This document shows positions 9,611 to 19,439 of a DNA stretch of 64,000 nt, in pieces; within the stretch, counting starts at the first letter, position 1; every line of letters begins with the position of its first letter. This DNA comes from Chloroflexota bacterium. Lineage in GTDB: Bacteria; Chloroflexota; UBA11872. The stretch spans positions 2,379,226 through 2,443,225 of the forward strand of contig OY764080.1 in NCBI GenBank assembly GCA_963667925.1, given 5' to 3'. The notes under the pieces were generated by a model. The model did no database searches, was not told where the DNA came from, and saw nothing but the letters and a program-made list of their open reading frames with translations. Position numbers and translations under genes: made by a program.

Positions 9611-9642
9611 TAGCATATTTAGCGAAATTTGCGGAAGTTCAA
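9611..9642 (-). promoter_or_regulatory. Candidate sigma70-like promoter (minus strand TTGAAC ... TAAATA/TATGCT) in the locally AT-rich ggt / yhaO intergenic region
   Basis: Hexamer inspection only. The region is markedly AT-richer than its flanks. Confidence 0.25.
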
Positions 9643-9698
9643 CCCTTTTATGGGAAGGGGCTGCAATCTCGCATTTTGGCGATTTTCCAGGAATACAC

Positions 9699-11300
9699 CT
9701 AGACGCCGATGGCGTAGCCGTCCCGACGTGGGTCGGCGCCTCCCTGGAGCGCGCCGGTCGCGGGGTTGCGGCTGGCGCCCTGCATGCCGCCGACGGCCAT
9801 GGTCCAGGGGTCGGTGGCTTCGGCGCCGTGGCCTCGGGCAGCCAGATCGTCAATCACGCTCTGGTCGATACGAGATTCGACAAGCACCAGGTCGCCATCC
9901 ATCAGCCGCATGCGCGGTGCTTCGATGGCGGCCTGCACGTCCAGCCCAAAGTCCACGTGCTGCACCAGGGCCTGCGGCTGGGTCTGGCAAATGCCGTAGC
10001 TGCCGGGCGTGCCCAGCGCCAAGACCGGCTCGCCATCGCGCAGGGTGATGGTGGGGGCAATTGGCAACGAGAGCGGGGCGCCCGGGTATAGGTGATTCGG
10101 GCTCAGCGGGTTCAGATCGCCCCACCGAAGCAAATCGTTGGTCAGCACGCCATGCCCCTGGACCACAATGCCCGAGCCGAACCCGGCGCCGAGGCTTTGG
10201 GTCAGACACACGGCGTTGCCTTCGGCGTCCATCACCGAGAACGAGGTGGTGTGCTCCAGCATGGGATCGGGCTTTGAGCCAGGCGCCGGCGCGGCTCCGA
10301 TCTGCTCCGTGGGACCGCTGATGGCCTCGGGCGAGTCCAGCAGACCGCGCAGCCGATCCAGATTCTCGTCCCCCAGGATTTCTTCGACGATCTCGATAGG
10401 CGCGTTGGCGTGGCGGAAGCGTACTTGGGATGACAGCCGAATGGCTCGGATGATCGCGTCCAGATGCTCCGCGCCATTTCGCTCGAGGGCCCCGATGTCC
10501 AGATGACTCACGAGGCCCAGCGTCATCAGCATCTGAAAGCCCTCGGACGGCGGCGGTGCGCCATTGACTTCCAGGTCGCGGTACGCGATTCGGATCGGGT
10601 CTTGCCAGCGCGCTTCCACGGCGGCCAGGTCTTCCATGGAGAGTGCCCCGCCGAGCGCCTGAATTTCATTGACCAAGGCCTGGCCCAGGGCACCGTGATA
10701 CAGGTAGTCGGGCCCCTCGCTGACCAGGGCCTCGTAGGTGTCGGCCAGGTCGTGCTGATGCAGCATCCAGCCGGCGCCCGGTTCTTCATCGTTGTCCAGG
10801 AAGATTTCCGACCAGCCGGGGAAGATCTCCGCGATGTCGTTCAGGCGGCCGCCGATCATGTGGGCGTTGCCTTCGCTGACGGGGAAGCCGCCGCGTGCAA
10901 GCTCAATGGCGTCGGCGAAGAGCTCGGCCGTCGTGCGCGTGCCGTACGTGTCCAGCAGCTTCATCCAGCCAGCGAGACTGGCCGGCGGGCCCACGCCGTG
11001 CGGACCGCGGGTCAGGTCGTCGTAGCGTCGCGCGATGGAATCGAACTTGAGCGGTACGGCCGGCGTGAAGTCCAAACAACGCACGCGGCGCTCGGCAGCC
11101 ACGTAGACCATGGCCGTGCCCATGCCGGCCAGCCCCGACATGTATGGCTCAACCACATCGAGCGCGGCTGCGGTGGCGACAGCGGCGTCAAATGCGTTGC
11201 CGCCGTTGGACAGGATGCGAGCGCCTGCCTGCGCCGCGAGAGGATGGGCCGCCGCGACTACGCCTCGGCGGGAGGTGACGCTTGGCCGCCGTCCAAACAT
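9699..11300 (-). CDS. ggt: Gamma-glutamyltranspeptidase
   Basis: GGT-family N-terminus (AAHPLAAQAGARIL..GGNAFDAAVA) and the catalytic Thr region TTSFSVMDAEGNAV; 533 aa. Confidence 0.9.
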   Translation of the reverse strand: MFGRRPSVTSRRGVVAAAHPLAAQAGARILSNGGNAFDAAVATAAALDVVEPYMSGLAGMGTAMVYVAAERRVRCLDFTPAVPLKFDSIARRYDDLTRGPHGVGPPASLAGWMKLLDTYGTRTTAELFADAIELARGGFPVSEGNAHMIGGRLNDIAEIFPGWSEIFLDNDEEPGAGWMLHQHDLADTYEALVSEGPDYLYHGALGQALVNEIQALGGALSMEDLAAVEARWQDPIRIAYRDLEVNGAPPPSEGFQMLMTLGLVSHLDIGALERNGAEHLDAIIRAIRLSSQVRFRHANAPIEIVEEILGDENLDRLRGLLDSPEAISGPTEQIGAAPAPGSKPDPMLEHTTSFSVMDAEGNAVCLTQSLGAGFGSGIVVQGHGVLTNDLLRWGDLNPLSPNHLYPGAPLSLPIAPTITLRDGEPVLALGTPGSYGICQTQPQALVQHVDFGLDVQAAIEAPRMRLMDGDLVLVESRIDQSVIDDLAARGHGAEATDPWTMAVGGMQGASRNPATGALQGGADPRRDGYAIGV

Positions 11301-11406
11301 GGGCGCTGAACTCCTTGCGATGGGTGTGAGGTCGCATGATGCGCGCTTCTCGGCATCGTGGCATATCCAACGAGACTTCGTTCAGTTTTCGCCACCCGGT
11401 GCGGTG

Positions 11407-12129
11407 TCAATACGATTCCGCCACGTCCTCCAGCGCCTGGCGATCGAGGACGTCAATGCGTTTACGGCCAATGGCGATCATCCCCGCGTTCTTGAGTTCG
11501 TTCAGGGCCTGCGTGGCTGTCTCGCGCGATGTGCCGACCCGTTCCGCCATGTCGCTGTGTGTTAGCCCCGTAACGCGGGCGTCGGCATCCGAGGAAAGAC
11601 GCAGTATCAACGTGGCAAGTCGAGCGGTCAGCGACTTGAGTGCCAGGTCTTCAAGTTGCGTCTCGGCTTCGCTGAGACGATCTGCCAGGGTCTGCATGAT
11701 GCGAACCCCGACTGTGGGAAAACGTCCGATCAGGAATTCCAGGTCTCGTCGACTGATGACACACAGCGTCGATTCCTCCAGCGCTTCGGCAAACGAGTCA
11801 CGGCGCGACTGTCCCAGCAATGCCATCTCGCCGAAGAACATGCCTGGCTCGATATTGGAAGTGACGAAACGTTTCCCATCGGGGGAAATGCGGTAGATCT
11901 GAACATGTCCTGTCTTCAAAAGGAATAGCGTCTCCGACTTCTCGTCCGGCTGGTAGAGGATTCGCCCGGGACCAACCGTGGACATGCGCGTGTTGCGCTC
12001 GACCTCATATATTTGCGCTTCGGATAGATCCTGGAAGACCTCAACCTGCTGCAGATAGCGTCGCTTCAGTGCGCCGGGATCAGGGTTCTGGCCAGGGCTT
12101 CGTCCAAGTCTCCACCTAGCTTCACGCAT
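11407..12129 (-). CDS. Crp/Fnr family transcriptional regulator
   Basis: cNMP-binding fold (GEMALL..) and a C-terminal HTH (SDMAERVGTSRETATQALNELK). Confidence 0.8.
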   Translation of the reverse strand: MREARWRLGRSPGQNPDPGALKRRYLQQVEVFQDLSEAQIYEVERNTRMSTVGPGRILYQPDEKSETLFLLKTGHVQIYRISPDGKRFVTSNIEPGMFFGEMALLGQSRRDSFAEALEESTLCVISRRDLEFLIGRFPTVGVRIMQTLADRLSEAETQLEDLALKSLTARLATLILRLSSDADARVTGLTHSDMAERVGTSRETATQALNELKNAGMIAIGRKRIDVLDRQALEDVAESY

Positions 12130-12282
12130 TGTTCTCCGCCCGAGATCTCTGCGTCGTCAGGGCCTAAGACGCCAGAAATGCTCCCGCACAGCCTCTATTG
12201 ACGACCTGGTTGCTCAATCCACATGTTGGCACAGGAGCACGGCCGATTGGAGCTGGTGATCCCCTGGATCACGCCCCGGCAA

Positions 12283-13275
12283 TCAGTTCGGCACTTGAAG
12301 AAAGGGCTTCGCCTCGCTTATCCCGCCGAGATCCATGGTCTCGGCAGCCGCGCGATCGCGCCGCATGGCGCTTACCAGGTCCTCGACCGAGTCAAACGCT
12401 TCCTGACCACGCAGCCAGGCACGGATGAAGGTTCGCAGGCCACGACAATAGATGTCGCGATTGAATCCCAGGAGATGGACTTCGAAGAGTCGCGCTTGGT
12501 GGTCAAACGTGGGACGGGTGCCCACGCTGATCAGTGCCGGATGAGGCTCCGGATCGCCGTCGACGAGCGCCGATCCGGCATAGACACCATCTGCCGGGAG
12601 GACCAGCCACTGGGGAAGGTCAACGTTGGCCGTTGGAAACCCTAATTCGCGGCCTCGACCGTCGCCACGACCCACGGTGCCGTACAGACTATGGCTTCGG
12701 CCAAGAATCTCACGAAGCCTGTCCACTTCGCCCGAAGCCAGGGCGCTGCGAGCCCGCGTGCTTGAAATGGCGCCAGGTGCACCCTCATAGCGCACGGGCA
12801 AGTGAGTGAATCCCAGTCGCGGCGCCAGGCACGCGATGACATCCGGCGTACCCTCGCGATCTCGTCCAATGGCAGCGGTAGGACCGGTGACGAGCGTCCG
12901 CATGTCCAGCCGCTGTACCAGGTCACCAAGGAAATCCTCCGCCGAGCGGCGAGAGAATTGCTGGTCGAAACGCAAAACAACGATGTCATCCACACCGGAT
13001 GCCGCCAGCAGGGTGATTCGGTCGTTGAGTGTGGTCAACATCCGTCGGGGTTCCGAGGGCCGCAGAACCCATTCCGGCGGGGGCCAGAGGGTCACCGCGA
13101 TCGCGCGATCTTCACCGGGACCGGCAGCTGCCCGGCAGGCGGCTTGCAGCAAGGCACGGTGACCCCGGTGAACCCCGTCGAAACGTCCAATCGTTACCGA
13201 GGCGCTGCCCAGGGGAACGAACGTGTCGTCCTCGCGAAATACGCGCACGCGGCGCACATTCGTGGCCTGTGCCAC
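12283..13275 (-). CDS. ribF: Bifunctional riboflavin kinase / FMN adenylyltransferase
   Basis: GRFDGVHRGHRALL nucleotidyltransferase motif plus a riboflavin kinase C-terminal domain. The ORF-track N-terminal extension (to 13653) overlaps truB and is rejected. Likely start is GTG at 13273-13275, overlapping the truB stop by 1 nt (alternative GTG at 13288-13290). Confidence 0.85.
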   Translation of the reverse strand: MAQATNVRRVRVFREDDTFVPLGSASVTIGRFDGVHRGHRALLQAACRAAAGPGEDRAIAVTLWPPPEWVLRPSEPRRMLTTLNDRITLLAASGVDDIVVLRFDQQFSRRSAEDFLGDLVQRLDMRTLVTGPTAAIGRDREGTPDVIACLAPRLGFTHLPVRYEGAPGAISSTRARSALASGEVDRLREILGRSHSLYGTVGRGDGRGRELGFPTANVDLPQWLVLPADGVYAGSALVDGDPEPHPALISVGTRPTFDHQARLFEVHLLGFNRDIYCRGLRTFIRAWLRGQEAFDSVEDLVSAMRRDRAAAETMDLGGISEAKPFLQVPN

Positions 13276-14231
13276 TACGCTGGACTCCACACGATGCGGG
13301 GCGACCACGAACCGGCCTGGCCATTGGCGAGACCAAGAAAGCCCCCATCGCTGTCGTATAGACGGTGCATACCGGCGGGCGCCCGGCTCAGTGAGCGGCC
13401 GTGGCTGAACTCGATGCGATCTCTGTCGCCAAGAATCGCCGATGGTAGATCTTCCACCACGGTGTCCGGGGCATAAAGCAGGGTGCTGAGAAAGCCGTCT
13501 TGGGCCGCGACGGCAAGCTGCCACATCTCGGTCGCGGCGCCCAGAGAGAAGGGACCAACGCGAGTGCGGATGAGTCCGAAAAGGGTGGCGCCACAGCCGA
13601 TCGCCGCCCCCAGGTCTCGCGCGAGCGCCCGAATGTAAGTGCCGGACGAGCACTCGACATGAAGCCCCGCCAGCAGGGCGTCCTGCCAGCCCGAGCCGCT
13701 GCCAAAGTGCAGACGACCGTCAGCCACGCGCACGCCGACTCGGCCGGCGGCAACGAGACGCAGTGTGCGAATGTGAACTTGACGCGCAGGTAGATCCACG
13801 CGCCGGCCAGCGCGAGCCGAGCGATAGGCCCGCACGCCGCCAACTCGGAGAGCCGAGTACTCCGGCGGACGCTGTTCAATTTCGCCGACAAACGCCGGGA
13901 GCAGCTGTTCGACAGCCTGAGGCTCCGGCGACGGGCAAGGCTCAGCGGTCGGATGCGTCTCCAAATCGTGGGAAGGCGTGTCGATTCCGAACAGCACGGC
14001 GGCCGCATACGACTTGGGCATCTCCAGGACGAAGCTGCTCAACCGGGTGGCGCGTCCCACCGCTATCGGCAGCACGCCCCAGGCCAGTGGATCCAGGGTG
14101 CCGCAATGCCCTACGCGTCGCACGCCAAGGCTGCGGCGAACCCGGCCGACGACTTGCGTGGAACTGGCGCCGATCGGCTTGAAGATATTGAGGAATCCGC
14201 CGTTTGGCGGCGCCTCTCCTTCACGGGCCAT
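13275..14231 (-). CDS. truB: tRNA pseudouridine(55) synthase
   Basis: GFLNIFKPIGASSTQVVGRVRR...GHCGTLDPLAWGVLPIAVGRATRL. Start assigned to MAREGE; the ORF track extends to 14288. Confidence 0.9.
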   Translation of the reverse strand: MAREGEAPPNGGFLNIFKPIGASSTQVVGRVRRSLGVRRVGHCGTLDPLAWGVLPIAVGRATRLSSFVLEMPKSYAAAVLFGIDTPSHDLETHPTAEPCPSPEPQAVEQLLPAFVGEIEQRPPEYSALRVGGVRAYRSARAGRRVDLPARQVHIRTLRLVAAGRVGVRVADGRLHFGSGSGWQDALLAGLHVECSSGTYIRALARDLGAAIGCGATLFGLIRTRVGPFSLGAATEMWQLAVAAQDGFLSTLLYAPDTVVEDLPSAILGDRDRIEFSHGRSLSRAPAGMHRLYDSDGGFLGLANGQAGSWSPRIVWSPA

Positions 14232-14508
14232 CGTCAGGTTGCGCTGCCAGGGTTTGCATCCCTTGATCGGTCGCATCGCCGTCGGCACTGCGCTGGGTCG
14301 TCGGCGCGGCCGTCAGCATCTCCGGATCGAGTTGAAATCGAATCTGCGGGATGCGGTACACACGAATGCGAGTCGCAAGCTGCCGCCGAACATACATCGA
14401 CGCGCGCTGCAAGGCGGCCACAGACTGTTCGATGTCGTGGTTGTCCCCTAGCGGCGAGACAAACACTATGGCGTGGCCCAAATCGGGCGAGATCGATACG
14501 TGCCGCAC
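14221..14508 (-). CDS. rbfA: Ribosome-binding factor A
   Basis: VRHVSISPDLGHAIVFVS..RIPQIRFQLD. RbfA-like sequence continues in-frame upstream (..RRAQRIEAQIAREVSDLLERHLEDPAIGFVT) with no ATG/GTG/TTG, so the true start is unresolved. Confidence 0.75.
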   Translation of the reverse strand: MRHVSISPDLGHAIVFVSPLGDNHDIEQSVAALQRASMYVRRQLATRIRVYRIPQIRFQLDPEMLTAAPTTQRSADGDATDQGMQTLAAQPDDGP

Positions 14509-14626
14509 AGTGACGAACCCAATCGCCGGGTCTTCGAGGTGGCGCTCCAGGAGGTCGCTTACCTCACGCGCGATCTGAGCTTCAATCCGTTGGGCACGGC
14601 GGGTCTTGATAGTGCGACCTCCGGTG

Positions 14627-16510
14627 CTACGGGAGCCGTTCTTCGGTGTGGCTGGCCTCGATGATGTCCGCGAGTTGGATCTTGGTTGTGGTCTCTATTG
14701 AAAGCCCGCAGTCGAAGCCCTGTCGTACTTCGTCTACCTCATCCGAGAAGCGTCGAACGGTGAGAATGTGGCCGGTGCCAATTTCCTCGCTGTTGCGCAA
14801 AATCCGAACGCGGGCGCCAGTGTAGACACGACCAGAAAGCACCATGCCGCCGACAATCTGGCGCGTGCGCTCGGTTCGGAACTCGCCGCGGATCTCCAGT
14901 CGTCCGTCGACGACTTCGACCTCTTCCGGCTTGATTGATCCCTTGAGCGCCGCATCGACATCGTCGATCAACTCATAAATCGTGCGATACGTACGTACGT
15001 CAACACCCTGCCGTTCAGCTTCCGCCGCAGCCGTGGCATCGACACGCGAGTTGAAGGCAAGCACAAGTCCCTTCGCGGCAGCCGCGAGATTCACATCCGA
15101 CTCCGAGACTGACCCGACACCCTCGAAGACGACCATCGCACGTGCTCGGTCATCCCCAAGCTGTTCAATCGACTTCACAACCGCATCAATGGAGCCGGCG
15201 GTGTCAGCCTTTACGATCAGGTTTATCTGTTGCAGTCGGCCAGCCGTCATCTGTGCGGCCAGCGATTCCAGGCTCAACCGCATGGCCTGGTCGCCGCTAC
15301 TGCGGGCAGGTGCGCGACTCCGCTGGCGACGACGCTTCCGCTGCCTGGCGACGACGTTCAGGGGGTCTCCGACGTCGGGCATCGCGTCAAGCCCTATGAC
15401 TTGGACTGGAGTGGAAGGCTCGGCCGTCCGGAGTCGTCCCCCGCTCTCGTCAAACAGCGCCCGTACGCGGCCGTTAATCTCACCAGTCGTCACGCTGTCG
15501 CCAACCTTCAGGACGCCGCGTTGGACGAGAACGGTGGCAATTGGCCCCTGGCTATGGTCGAGGCGGGTCTCGATGATCGTGCCCTCTGCCGGACCGTCAA
15601 CAGGCGCCCGCAACTCCTCCAATTCGGCCGTCAGATTGATGTATTCGAGCAGCTCGTCGATTCCCTCGCCCTTAAGGGCCGAGAGAGGAACGGCAACCAC
15701 GTCGCCTCCAAAGTCTTCGACAACGATTTCATGCTCGGTGAGCTGCTGAAGCACGCGGTTTGGATTGGCGGATTCCAGGTCAATCTTGTTGACCGCAACG
15801 ATGATCGGAACACTGGCCGCCTTGGCGTGCCCAATGGCCTCCACCGTCTGCGGCATGATGCCGTCGTCGGCGGCAACCACGATCACGACAATGTCGGTAA
15901 CCCCGGCGCCACGCGCGCGCATGGCGGTAAAGGCCTCGTGCCCTGGGGTGTCAATGAAGGTGATTGCGCCGCCATTCACCGACACCTGGTAGGCGCCGAT
16001 GTGCTGGGTAATCCCCCCGAATTCGCTGTCAACCACATTTGTGTTGCGAATAGCGTCCAGGAGCGTCGTCTTGCCGTGATCGACGTGTCCCATCACGGTC
16101 ACGATGGGCGGTCGGGGCTCGCCTTCCGGAGGCTCTGCGGAGTCGCGCTGCGCCGGCTTTCGGGAGGCCGTTGGAGTTGTGGCGTCGACTTGAGGTTCAT
16201 CGACGATGGCCACCCCAAGGTTCTGCATGACCGCGCGTGCCGTATCGCGATCGATGGCCGCGTTGATGGTCGTCAACACGCCGCGGTTGAGCAACTCCAT
16301 GATGATGTCAGTCGGCGGCACTTCGGCGCGCTCCGCTATGTCGGCGATTGAGGCTGAGTCCGGCATTCCCACTTCGCGAAGTTCAATGGCCGGCGCCTCC
16401 GGCACCTCGGCCGGTCGCTCCTCGGCCGGAGTACCGGCGCGCTGCTGCGGACGACGGCGGGCGCGTGGCCGCGGCGGCGGGCGACGGCGTGTGCGTCGGC
16501 GGCGCGCCAT
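14627..16510 (-). CDS. infB: Translation initiation factor IF-2
   Basis: G-domain [28 protein letters not shown] and the IF-2 C-terminal domains. ATG start at 16508-16510 (MARRRR..) sits 1 nt from the ylxR-like stop. The ORF track offers an alternative TTG start at 16564. Confidence 0.9.
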   Translation of the reverse strand: MARRRRTRRRPPPRPRARRRPQQRAGTPAEERPAEVPEAPAIELREVGMPDSASIADIAERAEVPPTDIIMELLNRGVLTTINAAIDRDTARAVMQNLGVAIVDEPQVDATTPTASRKPAQRDSAEPPEGEPRPPIVTVMGHVDHGKTTLLDAIRNTNVVDSEFGGITQHIGAYQVSVNGGAITFIDTPGHEAFTAMRARGAGVTDIVVIVVAADDGIMPQTVEAIGHAKAASVPIIVAVNKIDLESANPNRVLQQLTEHEIVVEDFGGDVVAVPLSALKGEGIDELLEYINLTAELEELRAPVDGPAEGTIIETRLDHSQGPIATVLVQRGVLKVGDSVTTGEINGRVRALFDESGGRLRTAEPSTPVQVIGLDAMPDVGDPLNVVARQRKRRRQRSRAPARSSGDQAMRLSLESLAAQMTAGRLQQINLIVKADTAGSIDAVVKSIEQLGDDRARAMVVFEGVGSVSESDVNLAAAAKGLVLAFNSRVDATAAAEAERQGVDVRTYRTIYELIDDVDAALKGSIKPEEVEVVDGRLEIRGEFRTERTRQIVGGMVLSGRVYTGARVRILRNSEEIGTGHILTVRRFSDEVDEVRQGFDCGLSIETTTKIQLADIIEASHTEERLP

Positions 16511-16511
16511 G

Positions 16512-16730
16512 CTAGCGAACGCTCCCGGTAAGTCGGATAACGCGTTCGCGCTCAACTTGCTCAATCAACATCTCAGCCTGATCACGATCTATGGGAACTC
16601 CCAAGTGCTTGCTTAGAATGCCGCGCGCAAGCGCCGCCTGCACAGAGCCGCTGTCGACGGAGATATAGGCGCCACGCCCATTGACGCGGCCAGACGGATC
16701 GCAACAAACGTCGCCGTCGGGCCTACGCAC
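16512..16730 (-). CDS. ylxR: YlxR/DUF448-family protein of the nusA-infB operon (probably 5'-truncated as listed)
   Basis: ..RTCVVTREKRPKRQLIRIVRRPDGDVCCDPSGRVNGRGAYIS.. matches the YlxR RxCxxCR / GRGAY pattern. Homology extends in-frame up to the nusA stop (16808) without a canonical start codon. Confidence 0.6.
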   Translation of the reverse strand: MRRPDGDVCCDPSGRVNGRGAYISVDSGSVQAALARGILSKHLGVPIDRDQAEMLIEQVERERVIRLTGSVR

Positions 16731-16807
16731 GATACGAATGAGTTGACGTTTCGGACGCTTTTCGCGCGTGACAACGCAGGTGCGAGTCGGCTCAGCTCGG
16801 GCGATGA

Positions 16808-17998
16808 TTAACTCCCGGATCCGACGGCGTCGCGCCCAACTTGTTCCGTCATTCTCGCCGATTCGGATTCCAGCGACACTTCGGGTTCTTCGAGTGGAGC
16901 GTCCAAACTGTCTAGACTCGCCTCTTCGTCGGGCACTGTCTCGGGCTCCGCAACGCCCACAGCTTCGGCGGGCTCCGCCGCATCTCGAATCGTGATCTTG
17001 AACCCTGTCAGCCTGGCTGCCAAACGCGCATTTTGACCTTCGCGCCCTATGGCAAGCGACACCATATCGGTCGGCACGAACACGTCGGCTACGCGCTGGC
17101 TCAAGTCAACATGGACGTTGCGCACTCGAGCAGGACTGAGCGCATTGGCCACGTAAACACGCGGCTCATCGTCGTGCAGGATGATCTCGACCTTTTCCTG
17201 TCCCAGTTCGCGGAGAACGTTTTGGATGCGCGTCCCGCGCATCCCCACGGCCGAACCAACGGGGTCAAGCCCATCTTGCCGCGAGCGCACCGCCAGCTTG
17301 GTGCGTACGCCAGCGTCGCGCGCAATTGCCGCAATGTCGACCAAACCGTTCTGAATCTCCGGAACCTCGCGTTCAAAGAGGCGGCGGACAAAATCTGCGT
17401 GGGAGCGCGAAACGCGCAACTGTGCGCCGCGCCCGCCTTCCGCCACTTCGAGTAGTAGCACACGCATGCGCTGCCCGGAGCGGTAAAACTCTCCGGGAAC
17501 CTGGTCGCCCGGAAGCATGATCGCCTCACCGCGCCCCAGATCCACAAAGACGCCGCGATTCTCGACGCGGGTCACTCGCCCGACGAGCAAGAGCCCCTGG
17601 TGCTCGATGAAGTGCGTGTAAATCTCCAGACGCTCAGCATCGCGAAGAGCTTGCTGCATCGCCTGCCGGGCCTTCTGTGTCGCGATACGACCGAAGTTTG
17701 GCGGGGTGATGTCGATCTGAAAGATCTCACCGACTTCCATCGTCTTGTCGTAGGTTCTGGCCTCGGCCAGCGAGATCTCGTGAACCTCGTCGGACACGAC
17801 TTCGACAACGGTCTTGTTCGCGTAGACGGTCGAGTCACCCGTTTCCGGGTCGATTTCAATGTCGATGTCGTCGTAGTCACTGTTGTAGTCCTCGAAGGCC
17901 GACATGATGGCTGTGCGCAGAGCGTTAACGACCGCCTCAATCTGGATGCCCTTCTCGTCGGCAAGCTGTTGTAGCGCCAACATGAAGTCACTGCGCAC
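16808..17998 (-). CDS. nusA: Transcription termination/antitermination factor NusA
   Basis: NusA N-terminal domain, S1 and KH domains (396 aa). Confidence 0.95.
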   Translation of the reverse strand: MRSDFMLALQQLADEKGIQIEAVVNALRTAIMSAFEDYNSDYDDIDIEIDPETGDSTVYANKTVVEVVSDEVHEISLAEARTYDKTMEVGEIFQIDITPPNFGRIATQKARQAMQQALRDAERLEIYTHFIEHQGLLLVGRVTRVENRGVFVDLGRGEAIMLPGDQVPGEFYRSGQRMRVLLLEVAEGGRGAQLRVSRSHADFVRRLFEREVPEIQNGLVDIAAIARDAGVRTKLAVRSRQDGLDPVGSAVGMRGTRIQNVLRELGQEKVEIILHDDEPRVYVANALSPARVRNVHVDLSQRVADVFVPTDMVSLAIGREGQNARLAARLTGFKITIRDAAEPAEAVGVAEPETVPDEEASLDSLDAPLEEPEVSLESESARMTEQVGRDAVGSGS

Positions 17999-18100
17999 GG
18001 GAATGCCTCCTCAGGACGTTTGGACCGCTTCCCTCCCCCGGGAAAAAGACGGGCACTTCGCCCGCCCACGACAGACAATGCGGCTACGCACAGTCTAGCA

Positions 18101-18125
18101 CTGCTCGCTGGCACTCAGCGAGCAG
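18101..18125 (-). terminator. Hairpin CTGCTCGCT-ggcactc-AGCGAGCAG downstream of the ABC ATPase gene and upstream of nusA (no U-tract)
   Basis: 9-bp perfect stem with 7-nt loop, read from the sequence. Position fits a terminator of the sugar operon or a nusA leader structure. Confidence 0.3.
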
Positions 18126-18218
18126 GCCAACAAGTAGCGTGCCGTTTGAAGCTACAAAGCCTGACCTATCGGCCGACTTGATCCAACAAAGAGCTGACTG
18201 ACCGCAACAGGCCTAGCG

Positions 18219-19403
18219 CTAAATCAGCCGGTCTTCGTCAGCGTTGAAGACATACGCGTCGTCCACCGGGACCTTCGCGTAGACGGTGGTATTGCGGTCC
18301 CACTCCTCTTCAAGCGGCCGCTTGGCGATCACCCGCGACCCCGCGAGATCAAAGGTGACTTCCTTTCGCTGCTCGGAGAAGTGGGTCTCGACCCAATACA
18401 CCTCCACCGGCACCGAGCCCTCGACCTGATGATGGCTCAACTCAATCGACTCGGGTCGGATGCCGAGGTTCACCGGGTCGCCTTCACGCCGCCCCAGGGC
18501 ATCGTTCCGCAGGTCCACGAAATGACCGTCCACGCGCACTCCGCCGCGCTCGGCCTGCGCCGGCATCAGGTTCATCGGCGGAAGTCCCACGAACCCAGCC
18601 ACGAACATGTTCGCCGGGTTGTCGTAGATTTCCCGATAGGTGCCGAGTTGCTGGATCTTTCCGGCCTGCATGACCGCAATTCGGTCGCCCATCGCCTGGG
18701 CCTCGGTCTGGTCGTGCGTAACGTACACAGTGGTGATGTTGAAGCGACGCAGCAACCGCTTGATTTCTACGCGGGTTCGGCTACGCAGCTTGGCATCGAG
18801 ATTCGACAGCGGCTCGTCGAAGAGGAAGACCGTCGGGTCGCGCACGATACAGCGGGCGATCGCCACGCGCTGCTGCTGACCGCCCGACAATGCCTTGGGT
18901 CGACGATCCAGGAGCTGATCAAAGCCGACGCCCATGATCTGCGAGACGATCTCGACGCGCTCGTCGACCTCTTCCTCACGCTTGTGCATCTTGAAGAAGA
19001 ATCCAAGATTCTTCTTGCTGTGCATGTGCGGATAAAGAGCGTAGTTCTGGAACACGATGCCAACGCGCCGCTCCTTGGCGCCAAGCACCGTCCAGTCCTC
19101 TTCGCCGTAGCGGATTGTCCCGCTGTTCGGGAAGTCCAGCCTGATCAGCCCCGCGACGACCCGCAGCATGGTGGACTTGCCGCAGCCCGACGGCCCCAGA
19201 ATGGCAATGGACTCGCCGTCGTGGATGTCGAGATCCACGCCGTCGATGGCGTGAATACTGCCGTCGTGGTAGTTGGCCTGTCCCACGAGGTCGGATTTTT
19301 CGTCGTCGGGAGTCCCGCCGGTCTGGCCGAAGATCACGGCCGCCGGGTCCGAGTCTTCCTTGAAGATCACGCGGGCATTTCGAATCTGAACGTCAGCCAT
19401 CAA
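18219..19403 (-). CDS. Sugar ABC transporter ATP-binding protein (MalK/MsiK/UgpC type)
   Basis: Walker A GPSGCGKST, signature LSGGQQQRVAIAR, and a C-terminal TOBE/MalK regulatory domain. Confidence 0.9.
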   Translation of the reverse strand: MMADVQIRNARVIFKEDSDPAAVIFGQTGGTPDDEKSDLVGQANYHDGSIHAIDGVDLDIHDGESIAILGPSGCGKSTMLRVVAGLIRLDFPNSGTIRYGEEDWTVLGAKERRVGIVFQNYALYPHMHSKKNLGFFFKMHKREEEVDERVEIVSQIMGVGFDQLLDRRPKALSGGQQQRVAIARCIVRDPTVFLFDEPLSNLDAKLRSRTRVEIKRLLRRFNITTVYVTHDQTEAQAMGDRIAVMQAGKIQQLGTYREIYDNPANMFVAGFVGLPPMNLMPAQAERGGVRVDGHFVDLRNDALGRREGDPVNLGIRPESIELSHHQVEGSVPVEVYWVETHFSEQRKEVTFDLAGSRVIAKRPLEEEWDRNTTVYAKVPVDDAYVFNADEDRLI

Positions 19404-19439
19404 ACTCCTCCAAGCCTGCCGTCAATTGAAGAGGGCGCG

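Noticed and set aside
12283-13653. N-terminal 126 codons of the ribF ORF as listed (456 aa)
   Set aside because: The extension overlaps the truB coding region and has no RibF similarity. RibF homology begins at ~VAQATNVRRV with GTG starts at 13275 or 13290.
15230-16351. 373-aa plus-strand ORF inside infB
   Set aside because: Antisense to the highly conserved IF-2 G-domain; no family resemblance.
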